Shown: positions 32,263 to 42,309, counted from the stretch's first letter. The stretch: 64,000 nucleotides of DNA from an uncultured delta proteobacterium (GCA_963794325.1 CAWCDG010000009.1:1-64000), one strand, 5' to 3'. A program made the numbers and translations. Notes: generated by a model not told the origin, from the letters alone.

Positions 32263-32478
32263 TCAAGGAAGGCAATCGGCAGATGGATGGGGATCGCAAT
32301 CGCAATTTACGCCCGCCTTGTTTACCAGAGAAAGGTGATTTAGGAATCTTGCGGCTCCGCATGAGTCCGTAAAGTGGTAGGCGGCGTACATTGAAGCCAG
32401 CGCGACGAGGATCGCGACCGTTGAGCCGATCATTATCTGTGCCAGCGAGCCTATTGCGGTTCTCATGCCAGCCATCAA
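32263..32478 (-). CDS. small hypothetical membrane protein
   Basis: single TM segment and Cys-containing tail, downstream of sufT. Confidence 0.4.
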   Translation of the reverse strand: MMAGMRTAIGSLAQIMIGSTVAILVALASMYAAYHFTDSCGAARFLNHLSLVNKAGVNCDCDPHPSADCLP

Positions 32479-32500
32479 CGGAGCTGGTACGCGAGGTTAG

Positions 32501-33043
32501 TCAGTCGATGCCGAGGCGCTCGCGGCCCTCAGGCGAAATCATCTGCGGGGTCCATGGCGGATCCCAGACCAGGTCGACGTCCGCTTCCGACACGCCCGGC
32601 AGCGTCATGATCTTGTAGCGCGCGTCGGTCGCGATCGAGGCGCCCATGCCGCAGCCCTGCGCCGTCAGCGTCATCTTGACTTCGACTTTCTTGGTGCCGT
32701 CGTCGGCGTCCTTCACTTCCATTCCATAGACGAGGCCGAGGTCCACGATGTTGACGGGAATCTCGGGATCGAAGCAGGTCTTGAGCTGCTCCCACACCAT
32801 CGCTTCGAGGTCGCCGCCGCCCGATGCGGACACGACGCCCGCGTCTTCAGGAGTCTTGCCGAGCGCATCGGCGTCCTTGCCCGCGACGCGGAACAGCCCA
32901 CCGTATGCGGGAACTTGCAGGGTGAAGGTTCCGCCGAGCGATTGCGTGATAAAGGCTTCGAGGCCCTTTTCGAGCATCATCTTGTTTCCGGCCGGGACCT
33001 GGACGCCCTCGATTTCGCGGGCCAATTCAACGCGTTCCATCAT
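32501..33043 (-). CDS. sufT: Fe-S cluster assembly protein SufT (DUF59)
   Basis: ITQSLGGTFT, DPEIPVNIVDLGLVY, MTLTAQGCGMG, WDPPW. Confidence 0.9.
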   Translation of the reverse strand: MMERVELAREIEGVQVPAGNKMMLEKGLEAFITQSLGGTFTLQVPAYGGLFRVAGKDADALGKTPEDAGVVSASGGGDLEAMVWEQLKTCFDPEIPVNIVDLGLVYGMEVKDADDGTKKVEVKMTLTAQGCGMGASIATDARYKIMTLPGVSEADVDLVWDPPWTPQMISPEGRERLGID

Positions 33044-33170
33044 TGGACGAATACCTTCCTTGTCAGACCCACTATTGTAACCACTGAACGGAGGGCTGTC
33101 ATCCAGCCGGATTGGCCGTCAACCTTACGATGTGCGATATTCCGATCAAATTCCCGGAGGTAATATTGCG

Positions 33171-33464
33171 ATGCCCCATTACGTGGTTTTTTTCCATCTG
33201 ACTCATCAGGGACTCGACCATCTTCGAGGTTCGCCCGACCGTGTCGATGCGGCCAAGAAGACCTTCAGCCAGCACGGCGCCAAGGTGACGGCCTTCTACT
33301 CGATGATGGGGCAGTACGATTCGATGTTCATCGTCGAGGCGCCGAACGACGACGTGATGGCGCAGTTGTCGCTGACAGTAGGGGCGCAGGGCAACGTGCG
33401 CACCGAGACGCATCGCGCATTCAACGAAGAGGAGTATCGGAAGATCGTCAAGAGCATTCCGTGA
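33171..33464 (+). CDS. GYD domain protein
   Basis: MGQYD...EAPND...GNVRTET; GGAGG RBS. Confidence 0.85.
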   Translation: MPHYVVFFHLTHQGLDHLRGSPDRVDAAKKTFSQHGAKVTAFYSMMGQYDSMFIVEAPNDDVMAQLSLTVGAQGNVRTETHRAFNEEEYRKIVKSIP

Positions 33465-33483
33465 TTGAAGAGGTCTGGAGAAG

Positions 33484-33522
33484 AACCTAACCCCTAACCC
33501 CTTCCCGCGCGGGAAGGGGAAC
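33484..33522 (+). repeat. palindromic repeat family A
   Basis: AACCTAACCCCTAACCCCTTCCCGCGCGGGAAGGGGAAC. Confidence 0.85.
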
Positions 33523-33603
33523 GGTCGCAGAGAGCCACCCCCGCTCGAGTCCTTCCTTACCAGAGAGTTCTAACAGGGACGAAGCCCCGCATCTTTTCTT
33601 AAC

Positions 33604-33659
33604 ACTGGGTGCAGGGGTCACCCCTGCCGAAGGAAGTGTGAAACCCATCGCGGGTTTCA
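33604..33659 (+). repeat. palindromic repeat family B
   Basis: ACTGGGTGCAGGGGTCACCCCTGCCGAAGGAAGTGTGAAACCCATCGCGGGTTTCA. Confidence 0.85.
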
Positions 33660-33753
33660 AATTTAATTAGTGAATTGTTTTCCGCCGCGATGCAGAGCGT
33701 TGCCGTTGCTAAGCGGCCCTGATAAAGCGAAGAGGGGGCGAAGGGGCAGGCGG

Positions 33754-35646
33754 ATGGAAGCAGCGAGCATACCGGGCGGGAATCAGAGTCAATTCGGCGT
33801 TTCGGCCAAGCAGAAGCTTTATCACTTTCTCTGTTCGCGGCCGGCTGGCGCCGACGCGGGCGAGCTGATCGGTCTGCTGCTCAGCGGAGTCGGCTCTGAT
33901 CCTGAACTTGGCGCGCGCTTGGTCCGCCAGCTCCTCGACTGCGATCCGAATTTCATCTTCGACGCGGACACGGCGCAGTGGCGGCTGGCGCAGAGCGATC
34001 GGCTGCGCGTCGGGCTCGACGATGCCGAGTTCACCGTGGTTGATCTCGAAACCACCGGCGGACGAATTGCGCCCGGCAATATCATCGAGATCGGCGCCTA
34101 CCGAATGGTCGGTAAGCGGCTTACCGATACGTTCTCGCAACTGGTGCGCCCGCAAGGCGGGATCGTCCCGCGCTTCATCACGGGGCTTACGTCGATAACG
34201 ACCGAGATGATTCGCGAGGCGCCGCCGATCGAGCAGGTGCTGCCGATGTTTCGCGAGTTCATGGGCGATCGCGTGATGGTCGCGCACAACGCCGCCTTCG
34301 ATTTCGGATTTCTCGATTTTGAATTTCGCCGCATCTTTGGAATCGGGCTCAGCAATCCGGTCCTGTGCACGTTTCGGATGGCGCGGCGGTTCATGCCGTC
34401 GCTTAAGCGCCGCCGGCTCGATTTGCTCGCGGATCATTTCGGACTCTCGCAAGCGGGACGGCATCGCGGCCTCGGCGACGCGCGGATGGCGGCGGAGATT
34501 CTCTCGATTTTTCTCGAAATGGCGCAGAAGATGGGAATTACGCGCCTCGACCGCCTGCTCGACGACCATCATCGCGGAATTGCGGGTCGGAGGATCGAGC
34601 GGCACGTGGCGCCCGAAGAAATCACAGCGCTTCCGCATGCGCCCGGCGTTTACCTGATGCGCAACGAGCGCGGCGACCTGCTGTACATCGGCAAGGCGCG
34701 GCGGCTCCGGGAGCGGGTGAGCTCGTATTTCTCGGCGTCGGTGAGGGCGAAGACGGCGGAGCTAATCTCGCACGTTTACAAAATCGAGACGCGGGTGACG
34801 CGTTCGGCGCTCGAGGCGGCACTCGACGAAGCGCGGCTCATCCGCGAGCTGAAACCTCCGTACAATCGGATGCTGAAATCGGCGGCGCCCGCGTTTTTCA
34901 TCAAGGTCGATCTGATGGACGAGTTTCCGCGGGTGACGCTCTCGACCAGGATGACGGCGCGACGCGGCGTGATGCATCTTGGTCCGTTCATCGGCCGCCG
35001 CGGTATCGAGCATTCGGTTCGCGCGCTGTCGCGAATCCTCGGGCTGCGCACCTGCGGCGGCAAGCTGCGGCCGAGCGAGGAAATTTCGCCGTGCATTTAT
35101 GGGCAGATGGGCCACTGCACCGCGCCCTGCAACATGAGTATCGACGCTGACGGTTACGCGGAGCGGGTCCGGCGCGCGGTGAGTTTTTTGCGCGGACGCA
35201 GCGGTCCGATCCTCGGTGAACTCGCAAGGGCGCGCGATCAGGCCGCGGCCGCGATGCACTTTGAAGAGAGTGCGCGCTTTCAGCATCATCTCGAGGCGCT
35301 GACCACCCTGGCGCATCGCGCGACACGCCTAAGCGAAGTTGTGACCGAAAATAATCTCGTGATCGTGACCGGCGAGGATGGCGATCGCGCAGCGCACATC
35401 GTGCTGTCAGGACGTCTCGCGATGACGCGCGGCCTGGACCGCGAAGACGCCGCAACTGAGGTACAGGAATTCGTCGCCGCGAATTACGAGCGATACAAGC
35501 TGAAAGCGATCGAACGCAGCGAACTAGAACCGATGTCGATCGTCGCGCGATGGCTCCGGGAGCGCACCCCCGACGAAGGCCGGCTCATTCATTTGAGCGG
35601 CCCACACCTGGATCTGCTCGCGTTGGCGAATGAGAGGGGAACCTAA
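33754..35646 (+). CDS. DEDDh exonuclease fused to UvrC-like GIY-YIG nuclease
   Basis: VVDLETTG, AHNAAFD, HRGLGDA; GVYLM...LYIGKA...RVSSYF; Cys cluster C...CIYGQMGHCTAPC. Confidence 0.9.
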   Translation: MEAASIPGGNQSQFGVSAKQKLYHFLCSRPAGADAGELIGLLLSGVGSDPELGARLVRQLLDCDPNFIFDADTAQWRLAQSDRLRVGLDDAEFTVVDLETTGGRIAPGNIIEIGAYRMVGKRLTDTFSQLVRPQGGIVPRFITGLTSITTEMIREAPPIEQVLPMFREFMGDRVMVAHNAAFDFGFLDFEFRRIFGIGLSNPVLCTFRMARRFMPSLKRRRLDLLADHFGLSQAGRHRGLGDARMAAEILSIFLEMAQKMGITRLDRLLDDHHRGIAGRRIERHVAPEEITALPHAPGVYLMRNERGDLLYIGKARRLRERVSSYFSASVRAKTAELISHVYKIETRVTRSALEAALDEARLIRELKPPYNRMLKSAAPAFFIKVDLMDEFPRVTLSTRMTARRGVMHLGPFIGRRGIEHSVRALSRILGLRTCGGKLRPSEEISPCIYGQMGHCTAPCNMSIDADGYAERVRRAVSFLRGRSGPILGELARARDQAAAAMHFEESARFQHHLEALTTLAHRATRLSEVVTENNLVIVTGEDGDRAAHIVLSGRLAMTRGLDREDAATEVQEFVAANYERYKLKAIERSELEPMSIVARWLRERTPDEGRLIHLSGPHLDLLALANERGT

Positions 35647-35685
35647 CCCCTAACCCCTTCCCTCGAGGGAAGGGGAACAATCGCG
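35640..35685 (+). repeat. palindromic repeat family A overlapping the nuclease stop codon
   Basis: AACCTAACCCCTAACCCCTTCCCTCGAGGGAAGGGGAACAATCGCG. Confidence 0.85.
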
Positions 35686-35711
35686 CGGAGTGTCTGATCG
35701 CGCGCTCGCGC

Positions 35712-36410
35712 TCACCCTTTCAAATTTGCGGCGAATAGCTTCAGTGTTCGCTCCCATGCGTCTTTTGCTTCTTCAGGACGATAGACGTCGGGGCGGGTGT
35801 CGTTGAAGAATCCGTGCGAGCATCCCTTGTAAATCTTGACCTCGCCCTTCTTGTCGAACTTTTTCAGCGCCGCCGCCAGCCGATCCACGTCGGCCCGCTG
35901 GATCCATCCGTCGTTTTCGCCGTAAGCATAAAAGATCGGACAGTTGAGATGCTGGAGTTTTTCGTCCGGCGGGATCTCGCCATAGAACGGCGCCGCGGCT
36001 GCAATCTCTTTGCTCTCGCATGGCAACAGCAGCGCGTAGCTGCCGCCCATGCAGAATCCCGTGATGCCGATGCGGGTCGATCGCGTCTCCTCCTGTGCGC
36101 GCAGCCATTCTACCGTGGTCTGAAGATCCGCGATGCCGTCCTCTTTCTTCAATCCACCCATCAGTTGCGCCGCCGTATTGGGATCGGTCGCGACCTTGTG
36201 GCCCTGGCGCGAGTACAAGTCCGGAGCGATCGCGAAATAGCCTTCGCGCGCCAGACGACGGGCGATGTCACGGATGTGGTCGTTCAGCCCCCACCATTCC
36301 TGGACGACGATCGCCGCCGGTGACGTCGCAGCGCTCGCCGGTTCGGCCACAAACGCCTTGATTTTGCACGCGCTGCCCACATAACTCACTTCACGAGTAA
36401 CCATTGTCAT
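35712..36410 (-). CDS. dienelactone hydrolase family protein
   Basis: QEWWGLN, APDLY, GFCMGG, HGFFND. Confidence 0.92.
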   Translation of the reverse strand: MTMVTREVSYVGSACKIKAFVAEPASAATSPAAIVVQEWWGLNDHIRDIARRLAREGYFAIAPDLYSRQGHKVATDPNTAAQLMGGLKKEDGIADLQTTVEWLRAQEETRSTRIGITGFCMGGSYALLLPCESKEIAAAAPFYGEIPPDEKLQHLNCPIFYAYGENDGWIQRADVDRLAAALKKFDKKGEVKIYKGCSHGFFNDTRPDVYRPEEAKDAWERTLKLFAANLKG

Positions 36411-36428
36411 TCACCTCGAAAAAAACAG

Positions 36429-36569
36429 CTATATTCGACGAATGCTCGCGCTTGGCGCCTTTTCAATTGCAGTCGCCTCACGAAGAGCGGCGCGAGCGAG
36501 AATGCGTGTCGAGTCCAGAATCGGTAGCGCCGAGTCGGCTGCGCTGATGAGCAATGCGATGTGCTTCAC
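36429..36569 (-). pseudogene. 3' remnant of an aspartate/glutamate racemase-like gene
   Basis: hand translation IALLISAADSALPILDSTRILARAALREA resembles the racemase C-terminus; catalytic GCTE and rest of gene absent. Confidence 0.6.
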
Positions 36570-36653
36570 GAGTACATTCATTCCAACGCAAACAACTAAA
36601 TTAAGCTGTCACCCCCGCCCTATCGTGTTCCCCAACTACTCAGCCGCTCCCCT

Positions 36654-37550
36654 CTACTCGGCGGCGGCTACTGGGATGAAGCCGGTCGTGCCGTTCTTGA
36701 GCCGGATTTGCAGGTAGTCGCCGGTGATGCCGGTGACGTGGACGTACTTCCTTCGGCGCACCTCGCCGATGGTCATGCTGGCCGCATCTGGATTTTGATA
36801 GACCGGCGAATTTTTGGTCAACAGGAAAAGCTTATTGAGCGGCTTGATCTGCGGACCTGCCGCTCCCGGTGCCGACGCGGTCGTCGTGGCAGGCGCCCCC
36901 TCCGGCGGCGGCGCTGCGGCAGCGGCCGTCGCGGCGGCAGCGGGCATCAGCTTGGGGTCGAGTGCGCGCACTTCGTCGAACTCCGCGTTGGCTTCGGTCT
37001 GGCGACCGGGCTCGAGCGCCAGCAGATTCGCCAGCGCCAGGTGAGCCTTCGCGTCTTTGGGACTGAGTCCGATCGCGGTGCGAATCTGATCCTCCGCCGC
37101 GCCCATCTTGCCTTCCTGCTTGAGCACCTCGCCCAAATCGAGATGGTAGTTGTCGCGGTCCGGCTCGAGCGCTACCGCGGCGCGGTACTGATTCTCCGCG
37201 AGGCCGTGCTGATTCTGATCGTTATAAAGATTGCCGAGCGCGACGTGGGTCGCCGCATTTTTCGGATCGATCACGAGGACCTTCATGAACTCGATCTGTG
37301 CGTCACCCGGCTTGTGCTCGAACACATAAAGATTCCCGAGCGCGATATGAACGCGCGGGTCGTTCGGCGCTATCTTCTCCGCTCCCAGATACGCGACCTC
37401 CGCCTGCGGCAGTTGGGTTGCCTGCAGGTCGGCATCGCCCTCGGCGAGATAGTCATCGACAGTCTTATGATGGCATCCGACCCCAATCAGGATCATCGCG
37501 CCAGCCACGATCATTGCCCCGAATCGGGCCGGTACGCTGCGTTTCATCAT
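36654..37550 (-). CDS. TPR-repeat lipoprotein with C-terminal SH3-like domain
   Basis: lipobox IGVGC, TPR repeats (HIALGNLY, HVALGNLY), A/P linker, YLQIRLKNGTTGFI. Confidence 0.8.
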   Translation of the reverse strand: MMKRSVPARFGAMIVAGAMILIGVGCHHKTVDDYLAEGDADLQATQLPQAEVAYLGAEKIAPNDPRVHIALGNLYVFEHKPGDAQIEFMKVLVIDPKNAATHVALGNLYNDQNQHGLAENQYRAAVALEPDRDNYHLDLGEVLKQEGKMGAAEDQIRTAIGLSPKDAKAHLALANLLALEPGRQTEANAEFDEVRALDPKLMPAAAATAAAAAPPPEGAPATTTASAPGAAGPQIKPLNKLFLLTKNSPVYQNPDAASMTIGEVRRRKYVHVTGITGDYLQIRLKNGTTGFIPVAAAE

Positions 37551-37783
37551 CGGACAAGAACCTCCAGGACCCTTTTGCGCCCCCGATTTGAGCAATGATC
37601 GGACCAGCGATGGAAAAATCTACAATTTATGTTGAATTGCGGAGGGAAACCGTGTCAAGTATGCCACGCCGGTCACGTTACAGCGCGCGAAATCGGTAAT
37701 TTTTACGTCGGCGACGCACGACTCTTTACCGCTGAGCAGTTTCCCGTTGGATGCCTGTGTTTGTTAGGTTATAAAGAAACGCC

Positions 37784-38428
37784 GTGCGCTTCATCCTGAT
37801 TGCCGCCAAGCAGCTCGAATTCGCCAAGACCCGGCTCGCGCCGGTGTTGCCCGCGGCCGAACGTCGCGAGTTGGCCGAACAGATGTTTCGCGACGTACTG
37901 GCCGCTTCGCTCGGCGCCAATTCGACCGACCACGTCGCGGTCATAACCTCCGACGCAGGCCTGCTCGCGATAGCTCGCGCGGCCGGTGCGTTGGTTATCG
38001 ATGAGGAATTTCCGCGCGGCCTGAACGTCGCGGTCGCACTTGGCACCTCCGCGCTCATCGCTCAAGGCGCCAGGATCGTCTGCACTGTGCTGTCCGACAT
38101 CCCGCTGGTCGCCGCCGAAGACCTCGATGAAGTATTTGCGGCGATGCCCGACGGACGCGGCGTCGTGCTGGTTCCCTCGCGCGACTTTTCCGGCACCAAC
38201 ATCATATGCCGCTCGCCGGCCGACGCGGTGCCCACTCGATTCGGCCGGATGAGCCTGGTGCGGCATCTGGACGATTGCCGCAATGCCGGCGTTCCAGCTA
38301 GAGTGCTGCGACTTGCCCGACCGGCGCTGGACCTTGACGTGATCGCGGATCTCGCCGAGTTCGAGCGCGCCGGGTCAAGCACGCATACACAAAACCAGTT
38401 ATCCCGGCTCGGAATTGCTCACCATTAA
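37784..38428 (+). CDS. cofC: 2-phospho-L-lactate/PEP guanylyltransferase (F420 biosynthesis)
   Basis: AKTRLAPVL, GLNVAV, DIPL, GTN, FGRMSL.RH, LDLD. Confidence 0.88.
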   Translation: MRFILIAAKQLEFAKTRLAPVLPAAERRELAEQMFRDVLAASLGANSTDHVAVITSDAGLLAIARAAGALVIDEEFPRGLNVAVALGTSALIAQGARIVCTVLSDIPLVAAEDLDEVFAAMPDGRGVVLVPSRDFSGTNIICRSPADAVPTRFGRMSLVRHLDDCRNAGVPARVLRLARPALDLDVIADLAEFERAGSSTHTQNQLSRLGIAHH

Positions 38429-38445
38429 AAATTGAAAAACGCCTG

Positions 38446-39222
38446 ATGTCGATCGTTGAAATGATTGAGCGGCTCGGCGCTTTTGTGCTCGACGGCATTG
38501 TCAGCCTGGGCGACTTCGTGCTGTTTTTGCTGAGCTCGGTCTTTTATGTTTTTCTTCCGCCGTACAAGCCGCGCCTGTGGATTCGGCAGACGCGAATCAT
38601 CGGCGCCGATTCGCTTTTTCTGATCATTCTGATCGGCGGCTTCACCGGCATGGTGCTTGGCCTGCAGGGTTACTCCACGTTGCGCCGCTTTGGTTCAGAG
38701 GGCGCGCTCGGCACCGTCGTCGCGCTGGTGCTGGTGCGCGAGCTTGGCCCCGTGCTCGCCGCAATCATGATCACGGCGCGCGCCGGTTCCGCGATGGCGG
38801 CCGAGATCGGCTCGATGCAATCCACCGAACAGATCGACGCGCTCACCGTGATGGCGATCAACCCGGTCCAATACCTGGTCTCGCCGCGGATGCTGGCCGG
38901 AGTGATCAGTTTCCCGCTGCTGACGTCGATTTTCGACGTGGTCGGAATCTACGGCGGCTACATGGTCGGGGTCGGCCTGATGGGCGCACCGTCGGGCGCC
39001 TACTTCAACGGCATCGCCGCCAACATGGTCGGCCACGACATCATGATCAGCCTCTACAAAGCGCTGGTCTTCGGCGTGATCGTGATGTGGGTCTGTTGCT
39101 ACAAGGGATACCACGCCGAACGGATGGCAACCGGAGTCAGCCGCGCCACTACCGAAGCGGTCGTGCTGTCCAGCGTGCTGATTCTTGCTTTCGACTATTT
39201 TCTTGGGTCAATACTTCTGTGA
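38446..39222 (+). CDS. mlaE: MlaE ABC permease
   Basis: RELGPV, GSAMAAEIGSM, EQIDAL, GVSRATT. Confidence 0.93.
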   Translation: MSIVEMIERLGAFVLDGIVSLGDFVLFLLSSVFYVFLPPYKPRLWIRQTRIIGADSLFLIILIGGFTGMVLGLQGYSTLRRFGSEGALGTVVALVLVRELGPVLAAIMITARAGSAMAAEIGSMQSTEQIDALTVMAINPVQYLVSPRMLAGVISFPLLTSIFDVVGIYGGYMVGVGLMGAPSGAYFNGIAANMVGHDIMISLYKALVFGVIVMWVCCYKGYHAERMATGVSRATTEAVVLSSVLILAFDYFLGSILL

Positions 39223-39246
39223 TAACGCGGATCGATTCAACGAATC

Positions 39247-40071
39247 ATGAATCAAACTGAAACATCCCCTCACGGCAACCCGCAGCCAGCCGGCGCTGCT
39301 GCCGCGGGCAACGCGATCGAAGTGCGCGATCTCCGCAAGCGCTTCGGCCAGCAGCAAGTGCTCGACGGCGTCACACTCGACATTCCAGCCGGCAAGATTA
39401 CGACGATCGTCGGCCCCAGCGGCAGTGGCAAGACCGTGCTGCTCAAGCATCTTAACCTGCTGTATCGACCCGACTCAGGCACGATCATTTTCGACGGAAC
39501 CGATGTAACCAAACTAAACTGGAGAGGCCTGGACGCGGTCCGCGAAAAATTCGGGATGCTCTTTCAGGCCGGCGCGCTGTTCGATTCGATGCCGGTATTC
39601 GACAACGTCGCGTTCCCACTGGTCGAGAAGACCAACCTCTCGCGCGAGGAGATCGCAGAGCGCGTGCATGAAACATTGAAGGCAGTCGGCCTCGAAGGCA
39701 TGGAATCCAAGTTTCCCTCGCAGATAAGCGGTGGGATGCAGAAACGCGCCGCGCTGGCACGAGCATTGGTGCGACGCCCGAAAATTCTAATGCTCGACGA
39801 GCCGACCACCGGCCTCGATCCGACGCGGACCGGCGCGATTCACGAACTCATCCGGCGCACCCAGGAAAATTTTCATCTGACCGCGGTGATGGTCAGTCAC
39901 GACGTGCCCGCGGTGTTCCAGGTTTCCGACCGCGTCGCATTTCTGCATAACGGCCGAACTCGCCTCAACGGCACTGTCGATGAGGTGATGGCGGCGGACG
40001 ACGACGTCTTCAAGCGCTTTTTGGCTGGCAAAGCATCCGGCGAGGAGAATGAAACAGCCCTCGCGGGCTGA
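39247..40071 (+). CDS. mlaF: MlaF ABC ATPase
   Basis: GPSGSGKT, FQAGALFDS, ISGGMQKR, DEPTTGLDP. Confidence 0.93.
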   Translation: MNQTETSPHGNPQPAGAAAAGNAIEVRDLRKRFGQQQVLDGVTLDIPAGKITTIVGPSGSGKTVLLKHLNLLYRPDSGTIIFDGTDVTKLNWRGLDAVREKFGMLFQAGALFDSMPVFDNVAFPLVEKTNLSREEIAERVHETLKAVGLEGMESKFPSQISGGMQKRAALARALVRRPKILMLDEPTTGLDPTRTGAIHELIRRTQENFHLTAVMVSHDVPAVFQVSDRVAFLHNGRTRLNGTVDEVMAADDDVFKRFLAGKASGEENETALAG

Positions 40072-40082
40072 GACGAAATCCT

Positions 40083-40601
40083 ATGTACGCAAGTCGAACT
40101 ACCCAGTTTATCGTCGGGATTTTCGCCCTTCTAGGGATTGCCGCGCTGGCGATTCTGTCAATATCGCTCGGCAAGATTTCACTGTTTCCGCCGCCGGGGT
40201 ACACCCTCTATGCAAGTTTCGATAATATTTCAGGCCTGAAGACCGGCGACCAGGTTCAACTGGCGGGCGTGCAGGTCGGCAAGGTTGTGGATATCGGAAT
40301 CAAGGACTACCGCGCGAGAGTTGCAATGCGCATTTACAACGCAGTGCCGATCGATGAGGACGCGATTGCGGCGATCAAGACCAGCGGAATTATCGGCGAC
40401 AAGTATGTCTCCATCCAGCTCGGCCCGAGCGATCACTACCTCAAAGACGGCGACACGCTTCGGCAAACCCAGTCAGCATTCGTCCTCGAGGACGCCATCG
40501 GCCAACTGATCAACAATAGCGGCAGCAGTGGAGACAAAGACAAGGACAAGGATAAGTCCTCGAGTTCCGAAAACGAGAAGCCTGCAAAACCGGAGAAATA
40601 A
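40083..40601 (+). CDS. mlaD: MlaD MCE protein
   Basis: FDNISGLK.GD.V.LAGVQVG, TSGIIGDKY. Confidence 0.92.
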   Translation: MYASRTTQFIVGIFALLGIAALAILSISLGKISLFPPPGYTLYASFDNISGLKTGDQVQLAGVQVGKVVDIGIKDYRARVAMRIYNAVPIDEDAIAAIKTSGIIGDKYVSIQLGPSDHYLKDGDTLRQTQSAFVLEDAIGQLINNSGSSGDKDKDKDKSSSSENEKPAKPEK

Positions 40602-40607
40602 CCCCGA

Positions 40608-41276
40608 GTGAAATTTATGATTATGCCAAGTTCTTTCCGCCGATTCCTGCAGCGACGCGCGACCGTGACGCTGATGGTGGCCGTCGCGCTCGCCGTCAGC
40701 CTTGCGCCATCGCGCTTTGTCGCGCCGGCGTGGGCCGACGATCCAATGACTGTCGTTAAGACCACTGTCGACCAAGCCCTCGAAGTGCTGCGCGACAAGA
40801 GCACTCCGCTGGCCCAGCGCCAGGATAAGCTTCGTCAAATCGTCGCGCAGACTTTTGATTTCACCGAGATGGCCAAGTCGGCCCTCGGCTATCATTGGAA
40901 GGAGATCACGCCCGCTCAGCAGCAGGAGTTCACCAACGCCTTCATCGCCTTCATCGAGGATTCCTACCTGAGCAAGATCAACGACTACCGCGGCCAGCAG
41001 GTCAGTTTCCTCAGGGTCAGCAATGAGGGCGCTCAATACGCCCAGGTCGCCACCGACATCGTCCAGCCAAAGGGCGATGCGATCCACGTGAATTACCGCC
41101 TCGAGCAAGAGGGCAACACCTGGAAAATCTACGATGTTACGGTCGACGCAATCAGCATCATCGCGAACTACCGTAACCAGTTTAATCGCGTGATGAACAA
41201 TAAGGGTTATGAAACGCTGATTGCCGATTTGAAGGCTAAGCAGGCCGCCCTTGCCGCGAGTCTCGCCAATCACTAG
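40608..41276 (+). CDS. mlaC: MlaC/Ttg2D periplasmic lipid-binding protein
   Basis: FDFTEMAKSALG, WKIYDV...SIIANYRNQF. Confidence 0.9.
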   Translation: MKFMIMPSSFRRFLQRRATVTLMVAVALAVSLAPSRFVAPAWADDPMTVVKTTVDQALEVLRDKSTPLAQRQDKLRQIVAQTFDFTEMAKSALGYHWKEITPAQQQEFTNAFIAFIEDSYLSKINDYRGQQVSFLRVSNEGAQYAQVATDIVQPKGDAIHVNYRLEQEGNTWKIYDVTVDAISIIANYRNQFNRVMNNKGYETLIADLKAKQAALAASLANH

Positions 41277-41356
41277 CCGCGGGTATGGATTCGGCGAGGT
41301 TAGACAGGTACGCTTCTAGGGAAGATTCTGGGACGATGGCCCACATGGAGAGGCAA

Positions 41357-42172
41357 ATGAGATCTGGTTCGAAAGTAGTCACAAAGACAAGCGTTCTGTG
41401 GACGATCCTTGCATCGTCCCTGCTCGCAGTCGTTTCGTTTGCTATCCCCGCGATGAGTGCGGATGTCGCGCCGTTCTCGCAGAACCCGGCGGCCCAATCG
41501 GCCGCGGCCACGCAGCCCCCGCCGGGCGAGAACCAGGGCGTCTATTCCGATCCGTTGTCTGGATTCAACGAGCCGATGTTCACCTTCAACCTGAAGCTCG
41601 ACGATTGGGTGCTGAGCCCGGTCGCACGAGGTTACTCGTTCATCACGCCACAGCCTGTGCGCGAAGGCGTCGGCCGCTTCTTTGACAACGTCCGCGTCAT
41701 CCCGCGTTTCGCCAACAACCTGTTCCAGCTCAAACTGGCCGAGGCCGGCACCGAAGTCGCGCGCTTCGGGATTAACTCGACGCTCGGATTGGCAGGCTTT
41801 TTCGATCCCGCCGATCTATGGTTCGGACTCGAAGAGCATCCCAACGATTTCGGCTTGACGATTCGCTACTACAACATCCCGACCGGACCCTACGTCATGC
41901 TGCCGTTCTTTGGACCTTCGACGGTTGGCGATACGGTCGGCTTGGTGGCGGATGGTGCGATGAATCCGATGGACTATCTGCTTCCGACATGGATAACGCT
42001 GGTCGTGAATACCGGGCAGCGCGCGGTTGAAGCGGTAAACTACCGCTCACTGCATATGAACCAGTTCGAGGAAGCCGATCGCTATGCGGTCGATCTCTAC
42101 GGCGCGGTTCAGGACGCATACCTGCAGACCCGCGACCACGAGGTCAAGAAGCTCCACGAGGAACAGTGGTAA
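41357..42172 (+). CDS. mlaA: MlaA/VacJ protein
   Basis: DPLSGFN...RFGINSTLGLAGFFD...DFGLT...GPYVMLPFFGPST. Confidence 0.9.
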   Translation: MRSGSKVVTKTSVLWTILASSLLAVVSFAIPAMSADVAPFSQNPAAQSAAATQPPPGENQGVYSDPLSGFNEPMFTFNLKLDDWVLSPVARGYSFITPQPVREGVGRFFDNVRVIPRFANNLFQLKLAEAGTEVARFGINSTLGLAGFFDPADLWFGLEEHPNDFGLTIRYYNIPTGPYVMLPFFGPSTVGDTVGLVADGAMNPMDYLLPTWITLVVNTGQRAVEAVNYRSLHMNQFEEADRYAVDLYGAVQDAYLQTRDHEVKKLHEEQW

Positions 42173-42207
42173 GCCGGACTTAGTTCGACTCTCAATTTTC
42201 TAATAAA

Positions 42208-42244
42208 CGCGCCGCGAGACAGATGTCCCGCGGCGCGCTTTTTT
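42208..42244 (+). terminator. intrinsic terminator after mlaA
   Basis: CGCGCCGCG...CGCGGCGCG followed by CTTTTTT. Confidence 0.7.
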
Positions 42245-42246
42245 AC

Positions 42247-42303
42247 ACTGGGTGCAGGGGTCACCCCTGCTCAGGGAAGTGTGAAACCCACGGTGGGTTT
42301 CAC
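42247..42303 (+). repeat. palindromic repeat family B
   Basis: ACTGGGTGCAGGGGTCACCCCTGCTCAGGGAAGTGTGAAACCCACGGTGGGTTTCAC. Confidence 0.85.
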
Positions 42304-42309
42304 ATTAAA

